Origin: Nitrosopumilus sp.
Lineage (GTDB): Archaea > Thermoproteota > Nitrososphaeria > Nitrososphaerales > Nitrosopumilaceae
Direction: 5' to 3'
Assembly (NCBI GenBank): GCA_965205675.1
Contig: OZ242186.1
Coordinates: 1,216,001-1,280,000 of the forward strand
Length of the DNA: 64,000 nt
Shown here: piece after piece, positions 20,201 to 31,400 of the stretch
How the letters are laid out: every line of letters starts with the position of its first letter
Numbering within the stretch: position 1 is the stretch's first letter
Position numbers and translations under genes: made by a program
Notes under the pieces: model-generated
The model's input: the letters and a program-made list of their open reading frames with translations, nothing else
The model's database searches: none
What the model was told of the DNA's origin: nothing

Positions 20201-20872
20201 TTATTTTTTTAAATTTGTAATTTTTTTTACTTCATCTACGCTGAATTGTCCTGGAGCAACTGCTTTTCCTAGTGATACGTAAGTGTATGGGCTGCCTAAA
20301 TATAGGCACAAAATCCTTGAAATTCTACCATGATCCCCCATAGCAAATGAAATTAGATTATTTTTTCCTTTTTTACTATACAATTCTAACATTCTAGTCG
20401 AGTCTCCTGTAGATTTTGCAGTACATACTATTTTCACATATGATGAAAATTTGTCCATCTGACTAATCTTCTTTTTTAATTCTATAGAACTAGGTGTTTT
20501 TTTAAAATCATGCCATGACACTAGCAATTTTGTTTTTGTTTTTTTCAAGTATTTGACTAATGATGAATTTTTCTTTAATGTGTTAAATTCCACATCTAAC
20601 AAAAAGGGATTATATTCTGCAATTAGTTTTAAAATTAGTATTCGTTCTTTTTCATTGCCTGAAAATTTACCTCCTTGATTTTTTGGCCTTAATGTGCATA
20701 CAATTCTATTGAGATCTTTTTTCACCATTTCTAATGTTTCTGGAATTTGTTCATTTTTTAGAAAATCAAATCTTACTTCAGCATAGTCTGATTTTGAAAG
20801 TGCAATTTTTAATATTTTTTTTATTTTTGTAGGTGTTGTTTCGGCAATTGAAACACATGTTTTGTATTTCAT
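20201..20872 (-). CDS. aroD: Type I 3-dehydroquinate dehydratase
   Basis: E.R.D, SWHDF, AMG, APGQ. Confidence 0.92.
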   Translation of the reverse strand: MKYKTCVSIAETTPTKIKKILKIALSKSDYAEVRFDFLKNEQIPETLEMVKKDLNRIVCTLRPKNQGGKFSGNEKERILILKLIAEYNPFLLDVEFNTLKKNSSLVKYLKKTKTKLLVSWHDFKKTPSSIELKKKISQMDKFSSYVKIVCTAKSTGDSTRMLELYSKKGKNNLISFAMGDHGRISRILCLYLGSPYTYVSLGKAVAPGQFSVDEVKKITNLKK

Positions 20873-21927
20873 TTTTCTAAAATGTATTCATCAGATACTT
20901 CCATTCCAAAATGTCTACCTGTTGCAGGCTTTGAATGAACCATTACAGTGTCTCCTTTTTTTAGATGTGTGACTGAGACTAGTTGTCCATTTGATTTTAC
21001 AAAACGGATCGTTTCTGCATCTTGTGCTATGATCCCTCCTGTTTCTTCACCTGCTGTAGCTTTGATCATAAGCATTGGTCTACGTTCTATTTTTGATCTT
21101 CCCACAGTAGCTCTTCTTGCCTTACCTTTCGAATTAAGAATTAATACTTCTTTTCCAGTTTCTATTTCTGAGAGATAACTAGTTGTTCCATCTGGTGATA
21201 ATGTATAACAATGAATTGCTCCGGCGTTTACTCTAAACGGTCTTGGAGATGTAAATGATGATCCAACTGATTCATTATGAACAAGAAACAAAAAGTTTGA
21301 TCTGCTACCAATTAACATTCCTTCTCCCTTGTGAAGCATGGATGCTGTATCTACGCAGACTCTTTCTCCATCTCCCACCTCTTTGATTTCTGTAATTTTT
21401 GCAGGTTTCATGTCAAAACTTTTAGTTCCTAAGGATACCATAACTTCACGAACTTTGGTAATTGATGATGTGCTAAAGATTACTCCGTCTACGCCTACTT
21501 CCAAAATTGAAAACATTTTTCTAACTTCTTCAGGCGTTTTTGCGATGGCAAATATTTTAGTGTGAATTTTATGTAACTTTGCAATTATATTTTCAAGAGG
21601 GATTATTTTCCAGTCTCTTACTTCTACTATCACAAAATCCAATCCTTTTTTGGCTATGGTGAGAACATTGTCGATATCTGAATTGGATAATATTTGAAAT
21701 TTTTTTCCAATTTTTTTCCCTTTTGATCTTGGTCCCTCTTTTTCTAATACTATGTAATTTGCTACATTTGAAGGAAATATTGTTTGAAGTTTTGTTTTTT
21801 TAGTTCCTAATTTTTTTGGGTCCATGTATACCATTTTAATTCCTTCTTCTTCTAACTGTGGTAGAAATTTAGATAATTGTGCTTGTGATCCTTTGGGCGA
21901 GATTATTAGTTCTCTTGATTTATTCAA
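20869..21927 (-). CDS. aroB': 3-dehydroquinate synthase II
   Basis: W.IIPLEN, RVCVDT, RPFRVNAGA. Confidence 0.92.
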   Translation of the reverse strand: MNKSRELIISPKGSQAQLSKFLPQLEEEGIKMVYMDPKKLGTKKTKLQTIFPSNVANYIVLEKEGPRSKGKKIGKKFQILSNSDIDNVLTIAKKGLDFVIVEVRDWKIIPLENIIAKLHKIHTKIFAIAKTPEEVRKMFSILEVGVDGVIFSTSSITKVREVMVSLGTKSFDMKPAKITEIKEVGDGERVCVDTASMLHKGEGMLIGSRSNFLFLVHNESVGSSFTSPRPFRVNAGAIHCYTLSPDGTTSYLSEIETGKEVLILNSKGKARRATVGRSKIERRPMLMIKATAGEETGGIIAQDAETIRFVKSNGQLVSVTHLKKGDTVMVHSKPATGRHFGMEVSDEYILEK

Positions 21928-22702
21928 TTTTTTTCATTGCTTCCTTTGCAGTTGCTTTTCTAAAAATTATTTCAGCCAATGCTGCTACCATTTTTTCAGG
22001 GGTTTTGTGTGCAAAGATGTTCCTACCATATGTGACCCCTTTAGCTCCTGCAGTCATTGCATCTTCTGTCATTTGAAGAATATCCAAGTCTGTTTTAGAT
22101 TTTGGCCCCCCTGCAATTACAATTGGAACTGATGTACTCTTTACAATTTTTGCAAATGAATCGATATCTCCTGTGTATAATGTTTTTACAATGTCAGCTC
22201 CACATTCTGCTCCAATTCTTGCAACGTGTCCTACAACTTCTGGGTCGTGTGGGTTTTTGATATTTTCTCCTCTTGGATACATCATTGCTAAAAGAGGCAT
22301 TCCCCATCTATGACATTGATCTGCAGTCATTCCAAGTTGTTCTAACATTTCTGGCTCTTCTTTACCTCCAATGTTGATATGAAGTGATACTCCGTCTGCG
22401 CCCATGGCAACTGCTTCTTTTACAGTACCTGTTAACATTTTACGATTTGGTGCTAGTGATAATGCTGTACTACTTGAAAAATGAACTAAAATTCCTACTT
22501 TTGTTGGTTTTGGCAATGCTTTGAGAATTCCTTTGTTAATAATTACACTCGTGAGACCGTGTCCTTCACATTTGTAAATAGTCGAAGCTGGATTTTCGAG
22601 ACCTTCAATAGGTCCGTTTGAAATTCCATGATCCATTGGAATGCAAAGCAATTTTCCTTTTCTGAGAATTCGTCCAAGTCTAATTTGATTTCCTGATACC
22701 AT
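21920..22702 (-). CDS. aroA': 2-amino-3,7-dideoxy-D-threo-hept-6-ulosonate synthase
   Basis: PMDHG, MYPRG, GADIVKT, AGG; first gene of the aro cluster. Confidence 0.9.
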   Translation of the reverse strand: MVSGNQIRLGRILRKGKLLCIPMDHGISNGPIEGLENPASTIYKCEGHGLTSVIINKGILKALPKPTKVGILVHFSSSTALSLAPNRKMLTGTVKEAVAMGADGVSLHINIGGKEEPEMLEQLGMTADQCHRWGMPLLAMMYPRGENIKNPHDPEVVGHVARIGAECGADIVKTLYTGDIDSFAKIVKSTSVPIVIAGGPKSKTDLDILQMTEDAMTAGAKGVTYGRNIFAHKTPEKMVAALAEIIFRKATAKEAMKKIE

Positions 22703-23083
22703 GATTTGATCTGATTTTTGTGCCCTACTTAAAAATAACGTGATTCGATTCTGTCAGGCTATCGAGAGATGGACTTTTGATTTTTTCCAATTAGAACTAA
22801 AAAAATAAATCCTATTATTATAAAGGAATATGCTAGTCTTGTAAGATTCTTGAATTCCCTAGATCTCTTGACACAATTAGACAGATTTTACAACATTGCA
22901 CAGATTCTTTCACAGCAAGATCCAAAAATAAGCCTAAATCATTCCCTTTCATGTTCTCATACAAAGAATCATCAAAAAACCAAAAACATTTCTTTCATAC
23001 ACTAGAGTCACAAGATAGCAGTTTGACGGGGTTCTAAAAGATCTCAGAAAACAATACCGTTTAACTGAAAAATCCAAACTGTC

Positions 23084-24494
23084 GTAACTGTCTAGAGTTT
23101 TGAAGTAAAATCTCCAAGATATTCTAAAGAATAATCATGAAAGTTTAATCCTCGTAATCTGCATGTCTCCTTTATACTCATCAGTATCTTATGAGAATCA
23201 GCACCATGAATGGTTCTATGACCGTTTGTAATTTTACGAATTATCACATTTGGTCTGATTGCCCTCTCTGCTGTGTTATTGTGTGAATCAGTTCCAGTAA
23301 TTAGGAATGTAAAAAGCATTTTTCTCTCACGTTTCAATCTTTTTACAAACCTGATACAGTTTTTCTCTGTGTATTTTTTTGATATGATGTGATTAATTCT
23401 CCTTTCAAGATTCTTTTTTGCATGGATTCTTTCTGATTCTGATTTTATTTTTGCCACACCATGAGAGTCATAAATTATTTTCTTGAGATTCTTGGCAAAT
23501 GGTGCAAATTCTGGTCCGGGATTCTTGTGATTAATGGTATCATTAACCTCTCTGAGATAATGGATGTGACATTTCTGGTGAGTGCTTCCAACATGGTTCC
23601 ATGCAGGGTACGAATCACTTGTAATGTTGCCATCATATCCCTTGAGAATTCTCTTGGGAACATCCATTGAACGTGATTTGTCAATCTCGTAAATTACAGT
23701 CCATTTACTCACAAATGCCCACAACCAGTGGTTCTGGCCATCTACCCTCCAACTTGTCTCATCACCATGTATGTTTAGATCTTCTTTTAACTCCACAATC
23801 ATTGTATCATATCTGCTCCCAAATGCTTTTGATACTATTGATACTGCATGATTAATTGCAGATTCTGTAATGTGCAGTGAGAAGAGCATCTGCAAAAGAT
23901 GAGATATTTTACCATACGATAATCCGATAGTTTTTAGTGATGTGATTAGCACCATGAGCCTAATTCCAAACCTTTCATTTGACAGTACAGTGTGAATGTT
24001 ACCCGAGATTTGTTTTTTGCAGTTTGTGCAGTATCGTCTAACTATCGTATATTTTGTCACAACTGCTTTTGCAGGAATGATGTCTTCTACTATTCTGGTG
24101 TATGAATCAGTTGGTTCTGAGAGTGATTTGCCACATGTGTTGCACTCTTTTTGGTCAACTGTAATGGCATCATCAATGTGTGCCCGTCTGCTTCTGCTTT
24201 TTCTAGGATGTCTTGATGTTTTCTTCTTTTTTGCAGTTTCAGTCTTGTTTGGTTTTGCTTTGATATTTCTTGCAACAAGTGTAGACACTGTTTGTTTTAG
24301 TTCTGCAATTTCTCTGTGTAGTGATTCAATATCTTTGCGTAACTGACGGTTTTCTTGCTCCAGCGAGTGACATCTGTTACGATAATATTCCAGCTCATCA
24401 TATACTGACAATTGTATATTGTAATTTGTCACTGATCAGAAAAGATATAGATAAAAAATATTAAAGAAAGTACTTCAAAACTCTAGACAGTTAC
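23084..24494 (-). mobile_element. IS66-family element (single-ORF, ISBst12-type), copy 1, 1411 bp
   Basis: Perfect 24-bp TIR GTAACTGTCTAGAGTTTTGAAGTA; 8-bp TSD AAACTGTC at 23076-23083 and 24495-24502. Confidence 0.95.
23092..24432 (-). CDS. IS66 transposase
   Basis: Leucine-zipper N-terminus, CxxC/CxxC, HGDETSW, SD.Y, QKCHIH, NN.AERAIR. Confidence 0.95.
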   Translation of the reverse strand: MTNYNIQLSVYDELEYYRNRCHSLEQENRQLRKDIESLHREIAELKQTVSTLVARNIKAKPNKTETAKKKKTSRHPRKSRSRRAHIDDAITVDQKECNTCGKSLSEPTDSYTRIVEDIIPAKAVVTKYTIVRRYCTNCKKQISGNIHTVLSNERFGIRLMVLITSLKTIGLSYGKISHLLQMLFSLHITESAINHAVSIVSKAFGSRYDTMIVELKEDLNIHGDETSWRVDGQNHWLWAFVSKWTVIYEIDKSRSMDVPKRILKGYDGNITSDSYPAWNHVGSTHQKCHIHYLREVNDTINHKNPGPEFAPFAKNLKKIIYDSHGVAKIKSESERIHAKKNLERRINHIISKKYTEKNCIRFVKRLKRERKMLFTFLITGTDSHNNTAERAIRPNVIIRKITNGHRTIHGADSHKILMSIKETCRLRGLNFHDYSLEYLGDFTSKL

Positions 24495-25151
24495 AAACTG
24501 TCTCAAAGAGAAAGAAAATAAGACATTGATGCAGGACATCTCTTTAATTTGGATGTAAATGGTAGATTGGTAAATGCTGCTTCTCCATTACAATACGTAT
24601 TTGAGATGTGAGTTGACAGATATTACTACTGCAAATGTTCATGACAGTAAAATGCATAAGATTGTAATTGCACCCTTACAGAGTTGATGAATAATATTTT
24701 GTGTGATTCAGCATATAATACTGATTCATTGTATCATTTTAGTAACAAGAAAAATCCAAGATTAATTATTCCAATAAAACAACACACATATCTCGGCCAG
24801 ATTGAATCATGCTTGTATATTTTTACAATTCTGCAACAGGTCAGAAACGATACTCTGATGGAAAGATCTCAATTGAACATCTCTTTAAGATATTCAAAGA
24901 CATATTTACAATTAGAACAGTTCTAGTAAAAGAATTATACAACGTAGAATATTATTTGTATTGGTTTATGTGTTGAGGTATAAGCTGATAGTGTACTACA
25001 ACTGGAACAGAAAATCCAAGGATTGTAAAGAGAATGTTTTGTTGTTAGAAAGTAGTTGGGAATTATTTTTGTAAATCTTTATGCCCAAGTCCCCATCCTA
25101 CAAAGTCCGCCACACTTGCTAGCCAAGAGGCTTTTGAGATCCCATTACTTT

Positions 25152-26192
25152 TTATTCTCTAGTATTTTGACATGAAAAATCATTCATAATCATGTATCCG
25201 TGCGATTGTGCATTCTGATAGTGGTCTTTGACGATTTTGTCAAAGTCTTGGCCAAGTCGAATAAGAGACTTTTCTAGTGTTGGTATTCTATTTTGATAGT
25301 CTTGGTTTCTAAGAATCAGCTTTTTGATGTATTTCTCAGGTGGTAAAGCACCCAGTTTTTTTAGATTGCATCGCTCACACACCAAAGTCAGATTCCAAAT
25401 ATCATCTTCAGCAATATAGTCAAAGGGGATGATGTGTTCTACATGGGTCTTGCGTCCCGCAAGTAGTTCCTCCTCACAGTAAAAACATTCCTTGAAGAAC
25501 GGGTCTAGTATATGACGATATTTTGTCAATGATCCTCGCATTATGTTTTTGCCCTCTGTTTTGGCTATTATTTTTGGTAGTCTTATGTTGAGATTTTCAA
25601 GAAACTTTGCCCATTCTAAAATTACCGCCTTGAGAAGAACCACATTGTACCGCCTAAAAAATTCAATGGCATTGGGATTTAGGTTTATACCATAATCTAG
25701 ATCAACATATTTTTTGTTACTGTTGACTACCCTAGCAATGTGATAATCAAAAAATAGTCTGACTGGAGTTGCTTTGTTTATCTTGATTTTCTGAAACCTC
25801 CATATAACGTTATGAAAGCATCGTTTTGTGATCTGCTCTGTACATTTTTGGATTTTCTCCGGCTCTAGCTGACATATCTCCTTGAATGTTTGTGGATAGT
25901 ACTGTTCTGTAAACTCTGTTTCTATGATCTTGACAATCTCTGGTTTTTTCTTGATTTGAGGAGCGTGCTTCATCTTTAGTTTACATATCTGGGTCCAGTA
26001 ATATTCTAAAAAGTATCTAGCAATAGTTGGAAAATCTACGTGAGTTTTTGTACTTGTTCTGCTGTATTCTAGCAGGAATCTTGCTAGAGCAAACTTGTAT
26101 GTGTTATCTTTTGAGCTGTGTCCTATTATGTTTAGGAATCCACGTTCAAATTCCTCATCGGAGAAAATATCAAAATTGGGAATTTCGTTCAT
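25152..26192 (-). CDS. HNH endonuclease (restriction-like)
   Basis: NTYKFAL N-terminal domain; CFYC...VEHIIP...NL...CERCN.KK. Confidence 0.85.
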   Translation of the reverse strand: MNEIPNFDIFSDEEFERGFLNIIGHSSKDNTYKFALARFLLEYSRTSTKTHVDFPTIARYFLEYYWTQICKLKMKHAPQIKKKPEIVKIIETEFTEQYYPQTFKEICQLEPEKIQKCTEQITKRCFHNVIWRFQKIKINKATPVRLFFDYHIARVVNSNKKYVDLDYGINLNPNAIEFFRRYNVVLLKAVILEWAKFLENLNIRLPKIIAKTEGKNIMRGSLTKYRHILDPFFKECFYCEEELLAGRKTHVEHIIPFDYIAEDDIWNLTLVCERCNLKKLGALPPEKYIKKLILRNQDYQNRIPTLEKSLIRLGQDFDKIVKDHYQNAQSHGYMIMNDFSCQNTRE

Positions 26193-26471
26193 TGTTTTGG
26201 ATCACTTTGATGACGTCAGGTATAAACATATATTTTTTGGCGATTGTAAACCTATTACCCATAACTAATTCGGTTTAATTATTGGGAAAAATAGTCAACT
26301 TGATTGAATTATCCAAAATAATTTCAAGCAGATCCATATCGTTAGAATTTTTGTGTAAAAAATCCAACAGTACAAGTTCTACACATTCTCCAAAATATTC
26401 TCCAAAATTATCCATGTCTATTATTCTCAAATTAGTTTGCCCCCTCATTTCTAGACTAAAGTCAAAATACG

Positions 26472-27095
26472 TATAGAAAAGAGAAAAGAATTACAGACAT
26501 GTAAAAGATAGATCCAATCCAAATATGAAGGATGAGCAAATCAAAAGAGAGAAAATCCAAGAATACAGATATTGCCTCATTCATGAAGGCATCTGTTCGT
26601 GAGATACATGAACGCTACTCACAATATTGTAGTACTGGGACAGTTCCAGTTTTATGTAAGCCAGCGGTCTAGTCTCCTCCAGAGATGTGTCGTTCACTGG
26701 CACAGACTTTTTGAGTGAACTATAGCAAAAAGACAAAGTTCGTGAACTAAACAATTCCAAAACAAAAAACTTTTTGATCAGTTAACCCAACAAAATACAT
26801 GAACAAGTTAGAATCCCTTGAAGCAGCATACAAAAAAGGTCAAAGATCACCTTACAAATAATCCCGAGGTCAAATTAATCGAGTTGCCAAAAGGTTCATC
26901 ATACTTGAAGAACATGATAGAACAATGCTGGAAGATAAGCAAGTATGCGTTGCAGGTATCAAAATATTATGCAATGTTTACGATGAATGATACAGTGTCA
27001 AAATATTTTAGAATGACAAGATTCAAGCTTGATGTTGCAAATTACACCTTTAGAAATTCTGTAAAGATGTTCACGAACTTTTGATCGTCGCTATA
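26472..27095 (+). pseudogene. IS630-family transposase relic
   Basis: LIELPKGSSYLKNMIEQCWK resembles the IS630 LPxYSPELNPIExxW motif; TATAG...CTATA termini; upstream part frameshifted. Confidence 0.65.
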
Positions 27096-27339
27096 CCTCT
27101 TGCCATACACATTCTATCCTTGAAAAGACAAATTTTTGAAATCAAGAAAATTAGCATTTTCAGTAAGCTCCGGATAGCAGCATCTGCAAAGAGGAAAATA
27201 ACTCACTAAAACAATTCATCAGAGATCACAATCGCCAATGAGATTTTAAAATATGTCAAGTTTGTATATCCGTTAAGATCATCGTCTTCTCAAAACCTCT
27301 GTGCTAAGGTTTAATACCTGAATTCAAAGTTTTGCAAAT

Positions 27340-29532
27340 ATGGTAAAATTCAAGTCTACAGGCGAGGTTCTCAAAATTATCAAGAACAAGGACCAAATTA
27401 GAAACTTTGGTGTGATTGCTCACGTAGACCATGGAAAGACAACTATGAGTGATAGTCTTTTGGCATACTCGGGCATTATTGCTCCATCAGCTGCGGGTAA
27501 AGCACTTGCGATGGATTTTGATAAAGAAGAGCAAGAAAGAGGAATTACAATTTATCAGGCAAATGTCACTTTACACTTTTCTAAAAATGATACAGAATAT
27601 GTCATCAACATGATTGATACTCCAGGACACGTAGACTTTAGTGGAAGAGTTATCAGGAGTCTTAGAGCAATTGATGGCGCAGTAGTTGTTTGTGATGCAG
27701 TAGAAGGCATCATGACTCAAACTGAGACTGTAACTCGAATGGCTCTAGAAGAGAGAGTAAAACCGGTTTTGTTTATCAACAAAGTAGATAGACTAATCAA
27801 GGAATTACGATTAACTCCAGAAAAAATGCAAGCACAACTAGCAGAAGTTGTTTCAAACTTTAACACATTAATCGATACATATGCTGAACCAGAATACAAA
27901 GAAAAATGGAAAGTATCTATTCAAGACTCTAGTGTAACATTTGGTTCTGCAAAAGACAGATGGGCAATTAATTTAGAATTAATGAAAGAAAGAGGAATTA
28001 CATTCAAAGATGTCATTGATGCATATGAGAATGAAAAAGTTGCAGAACTTGTAGAGAAAGCACCGCTAGCTGATGCAGTTTTGGGAATGGTAGTAAACCA
28101 TCATCCTGCACCACATGAGGCTGTAAAATATAGAATTCCACAAATCTGGAAAGGGGATTTGAATTCGGATGTTGGAAAAGCATTACTTGCTTGTGATGAT
28201 AATGGCCCAACTATTATGATGGTAGTTAACATGGTATTAGATCCTGCCGCAGGTCCTGTTGCAATTGGAAGACTATTTTCGGGCACCATCAAAGATGGTC
28301 AAACTATCAATATTATAGATGAAAAAAGAGAAGGGCGTGTTCAATCAGTCAATTTCTTTATGGGTAACCAAAGAGAACAAGTTGGAGAATTAGGTGCGGG
28401 AAACATTCCTGCATTATTGGGATTAACTGAATGTAGAGCAGGAAATACACTATCTTCTGTAAAAGACATTCCAATGTTTGAAGGTGTAAAGTATGTCTCA
28501 GAACCAGTTGTGCAAATTGCAATTGAACCAAAACATCCTAAAGATTTACCTAAACTTGTAGAAATCCTACGACAGTTAACCATCGAAGATCCAAATCTTA
28601 TTGTAAAAATTGATGAAGAATCCGGTGAAACAATTATTGCCGGAATGGGTGTGTTACACCTTGATGTTGCAACACACAGAATTCAAGATGCAAAATGTGA
28701 GATTGTAACTTCTGAGCCTTTGATTAACTATAGAGAAACTGTAAAAGGCACATGTGAACCAATCATGGCAAAATCACCAAACAGACACAACAAGATTTTC
28801 ATGAAAGTAGAACAGCTGGAACCAAAAATTGCACATATGCTAAGAACTGGTGAGATTTCAGATATCAAAGATAAAAAAATTGTATCAGATTTACTCAAAG
28901 AAGCAGGATGGGATACTGATACAATCAAGAGAGTGATGAAGTTTGATTCTCGTGGTAATGTTTTGATAAATGGAACAAAAGGTGTTCAATTTGTTCAAGA
29001 ATCAACAGATTCTATTAATTCGGGATTTGAAGAAGTGATGAAAGAAGGCCCTCTTTGTAAAGAACAGATGAGGGATTGTAAGTTTATCTTTACTCACTTT
29101 GTTCCTCACGAAGACACAGCACACAGAGGTTTATCCCAATTAGGCCCTGCATCACGTAGAGCATGTATGGGTGCATTACTTACTGCGGGTACTGCAGTGT
29201 TGGAGCCCACATTGGCTATTGAAGTTCGTGTACCAACGGATTTGGTTGGAAACGTTGCAACCATACTTTCGGGTAAACGTGGCAAGGTACTTGACATGTC
29301 ACAAAAAGGCGCATCAAGTATTGTAGTAGGTGAGATTCCAGCTTCTGAAACGTTTACGTTATCTGAAGCAATGAGAGGTCAAACTGCGGGACGTGCAACA
29401 TGGAACACATCATTTAAGGAATGGACTGAAGTTCCAAAATCAATGCTAGCAGATGCAGTAGCAGATATTAGAAAGAGGAAAGGGTTGGCACCAAATCCAC
29501 CGGGTGTTGGTGAATTTATTGATAAAGAATAA
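27340..29532 (+). CDS. fusA: Elongation factor 2
   Basis: AHVDHGKTT, RGITI, DTPGHVDF, NKVD, diphthamide loop HEDTAHRG. Confidence 0.98.
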   Translation: MVKFKSTGEVLKIIKNKDQIRNFGVIAHVDHGKTTMSDSLLAYSGIIAPSAAGKALAMDFDKEEQERGITIYQANVTLHFSKNDTEYVINMIDTPGHVDFSGRVIRSLRAIDGAVVVCDAVEGIMTQTETVTRMALEERVKPVLFINKVDRLIKELRLTPEKMQAQLAEVVSNFNTLIDTYAEPEYKEKWKVSIQDSSVTFGSAKDRWAINLELMKERGITFKDVIDAYENEKVAELVEKAPLADAVLGMVVNHHPAPHEAVKYRIPQIWKGDLNSDVGKALLACDDNGPTIMMVVNMVLDPAAGPVAIGRLFSGTIKDGQTINIIDEKREGRVQSVNFFMGNQREQVGELGAGNIPALLGLTECRAGNTLSSVKDIPMFEGVKYVSEPVVQIAIEPKHPKDLPKLVEILRQLTIEDPNLIVKIDEESGETIIAGMGVLHLDVATHRIQDAKCEIVTSEPLINYRETVKGTCEPIMAKSPNRHNKIFMKVEQLEPKIAHMLRTGEISDIKDKKIVSDLLKEAGWDTDTIKRVMKFDSRGNVLINGTKGVQFVQESTDSINSGFEEVMKEGPLCKEQMRDCKFIFTHFVPHEDTAHRGLSQLGPASRRACMGALLTAGTAVLEPTLAIEVRVPTDLVGNVATILSGKRGKVLDMSQKGASSIVVGEIPASETFTLSEAMRGQTAGRATWNTSFKEWTEVPKSMLADAVADIRKRKGLAPNPPGVGEFIDKE

Positions 29533-29598
29533 AAATTAAAATCTCCAAAACCATTCATAAATTTCTAACGATTCTTGTAAACTGATCAACATATTTTT

Positions 29599-31009
29599 GT
29601 AACTGTCTAGAGTTTTGAAGTAAAATCTCCAAGATATTCTAAAGAATAATCATGAAAGTTTAATCCTCGTAATCTGCATGTCTCCTTTATACTCATCAGT
29701 ATCTTATGAGAATCAGCACCATGAATGGTTCTATGACCGTTTGTAATTTTACGAATTATCACATTTGGTCTGATTGCCCTCTCTGCTGTGTTATTGTGTG
29801 AATCAGTTCCAGTAATTAGGAATGTAAAAAGCATTTTTCTCTCACGTTTCAATCTTTTTACAAACCTGATACAGTTTTTCTCTGTGTATTTTTTTGATAT
29901 GATGTGATTAATTCTCCTTTCAAGATTCTTTTTTGCATGGATTCTTTCTGATTCTGATTTTATTTTTGCCACACCATGAGAGTCATAAATTATTTTCTTG
30001 AGATTCTTGGCAAATGGTGCAAATTCTGGTCCGGGATTCTTGTGATTAATGGTATCATTAACCTCTCTGAGATAATGGATGTGACATTTCTGGCGAGTTG
30101 TTCCAACATGGTTCCATGCAGGGTACGAATCACTTGTAATGTTGCCATCATATCCCTTGAGAATTCTCTTGGGAACATCCATTGAACGTGATTTGTCAAT
30201 CTCGTAAATTACAGTCCATTTACTCACAAATGCCCACAACCAGTGGTTCTGGCCATCTACCCTCCAACTTGTCTCATCACCATGTATGTTTAGATCTTCT
30301 TTTAACTCCACAATCATTGTATCATATCTGCTCCCAAATGCTTTTGATACTATTGATACTGCATGATTAATTGCAGATTCTGTAATGTGCAGTGAGAAGA
30401 GCATCTGCAAAAGATGAGATATTTTACCATACGATAATCCGATAGTTTTTAGTGATGTGATTAGCACCATGAGCCTAATTCCAAACCTTTCATTTGACAG
30501 TACAGTGTGAATGTTACCCGAGATTTGTTTTTTGCAGTTTGTGCAGTATCGTCTAACTATCGTATATTTTGTCACAACTGCTTTTGCAGGAATGATGTCT
30601 TCTACTATTCTGGTGTATGAATCAGTTGGTTCTGAGAGTGATTTGCCACATGTGTTGCACTCTTTTTGGTCAACTGTAATGGCATCATCAATGTGTGCCC
30701 GTCTGCTTCTGCTTTTTCTAGGATGTCTTGATGTTTTCTTCTTTTTTGCAGTTTCAGTCTTGTTTGGTTTTGCTTTGATATTTCTTGCAACAAGTGTAGA
30801 CACTGTTTGTTTTAGTTCTGCAATTTCTCTGTGTAGTGATTCAATATCTTTGCGTAACTGACGGTTTTCTTGCTCCAGCGAGTGACATCTGTTACGATAA
30901 TATTCCAGCTCATCATATACTGACAATTGTATATTGTAATTTGTCACTGATCAGAAAAGATATAGATAAAAAATATTAAAGAAAGTACTTCAAAACTCTA
31001 GACAGTTAC
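29599..31009 (-). mobile_element. IS66-family element, copy 2, 1411 bp
   Basis: Same 24-bp TIRs as copy 1; flanks ATATTTTT and AAAAAATT do not form a TSD. Confidence 0.95.
29607..30947 (-). CDS. IS66 transposase
   Basis: Protein identical to copy 1 except GTTRQK vs GSTHQK. Confidence 0.95.
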   Translation of the reverse strand: MTNYNIQLSVYDELEYYRNRCHSLEQENRQLRKDIESLHREIAELKQTVSTLVARNIKAKPNKTETAKKKKTSRHPRKSRSRRAHIDDAITVDQKECNTCGKSLSEPTDSYTRIVEDIIPAKAVVTKYTIVRRYCTNCKKQISGNIHTVLSNERFGIRLMVLITSLKTIGLSYGKISHLLQMLFSLHITESAINHAVSIVSKAFGSRYDTMIVELKEDLNIHGDETSWRVDGQNHWLWAFVSKWTVIYEIDKSRSMDVPKRILKGYDGNITSDSYPAWNHVGTTRQKCHIHYLREVNDTINHKNPGPEFAPFAKNLKKIIYDSHGVAKIKSESERIHAKKNLERRINHIISKKYTEKNCIRFVKRLKRERKMLFTFLITGTDSHNNTAERAIRPNVIIRKITNGHRTIHGADSHKILMSIKETCRLRGLNFHDYSLEYLGDFTSKL

Positions 31010-31400
31010 AAAAAATTCTTTTATTACAATATCATCTGTAAACGACTACAGGTTATTGCATAACCCTTGATACTGATCTTGAATAACAAAGCTTGAATAA
31101 ATCAATTATTTCTATGTTTTTTGTTTAGATAAGATGTGTTTTAACATCCACCAGCACACAGTGAAGACGTATTAGCTATCCACTGAATTTTATTGTACAT
31201 TTGTCTAGTTATTTCTCATATCAAAATGTAAAAGATTGACTTGGCTTAGGAGAAAGAACAATTCTGAAAAACAGTCTGGGTTACCTATATGTTGTACAGT
31301 AAAGAAAAGATCTATCAAAGAGCGCGATGAATCAAAATATACTAGATATTTTATTCTAAATAATACAATGTATGAGACCAGTTTTGTAATATGTTAGAAA

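Larger units (their letters stand above)
22770..25100 (+). pseudogene. Decayed DDE transposase (IS4/IS5-like), interrupted by IS66 copy 1
   Basis: Frameshifted motifs KIAV-DG (~23015-23030), TTANVHDS (~24625), LCDSAY (~24700) and IEHLFKIFK (~24870); boundaries approximate. Confidence 0.65.

Noticed and set aside
23084-31009. True composite transposon mobilising EF-2
   Set aside because: The outer flanks share no TSD, and copy 1 has its own TSD, indicating independent insertion
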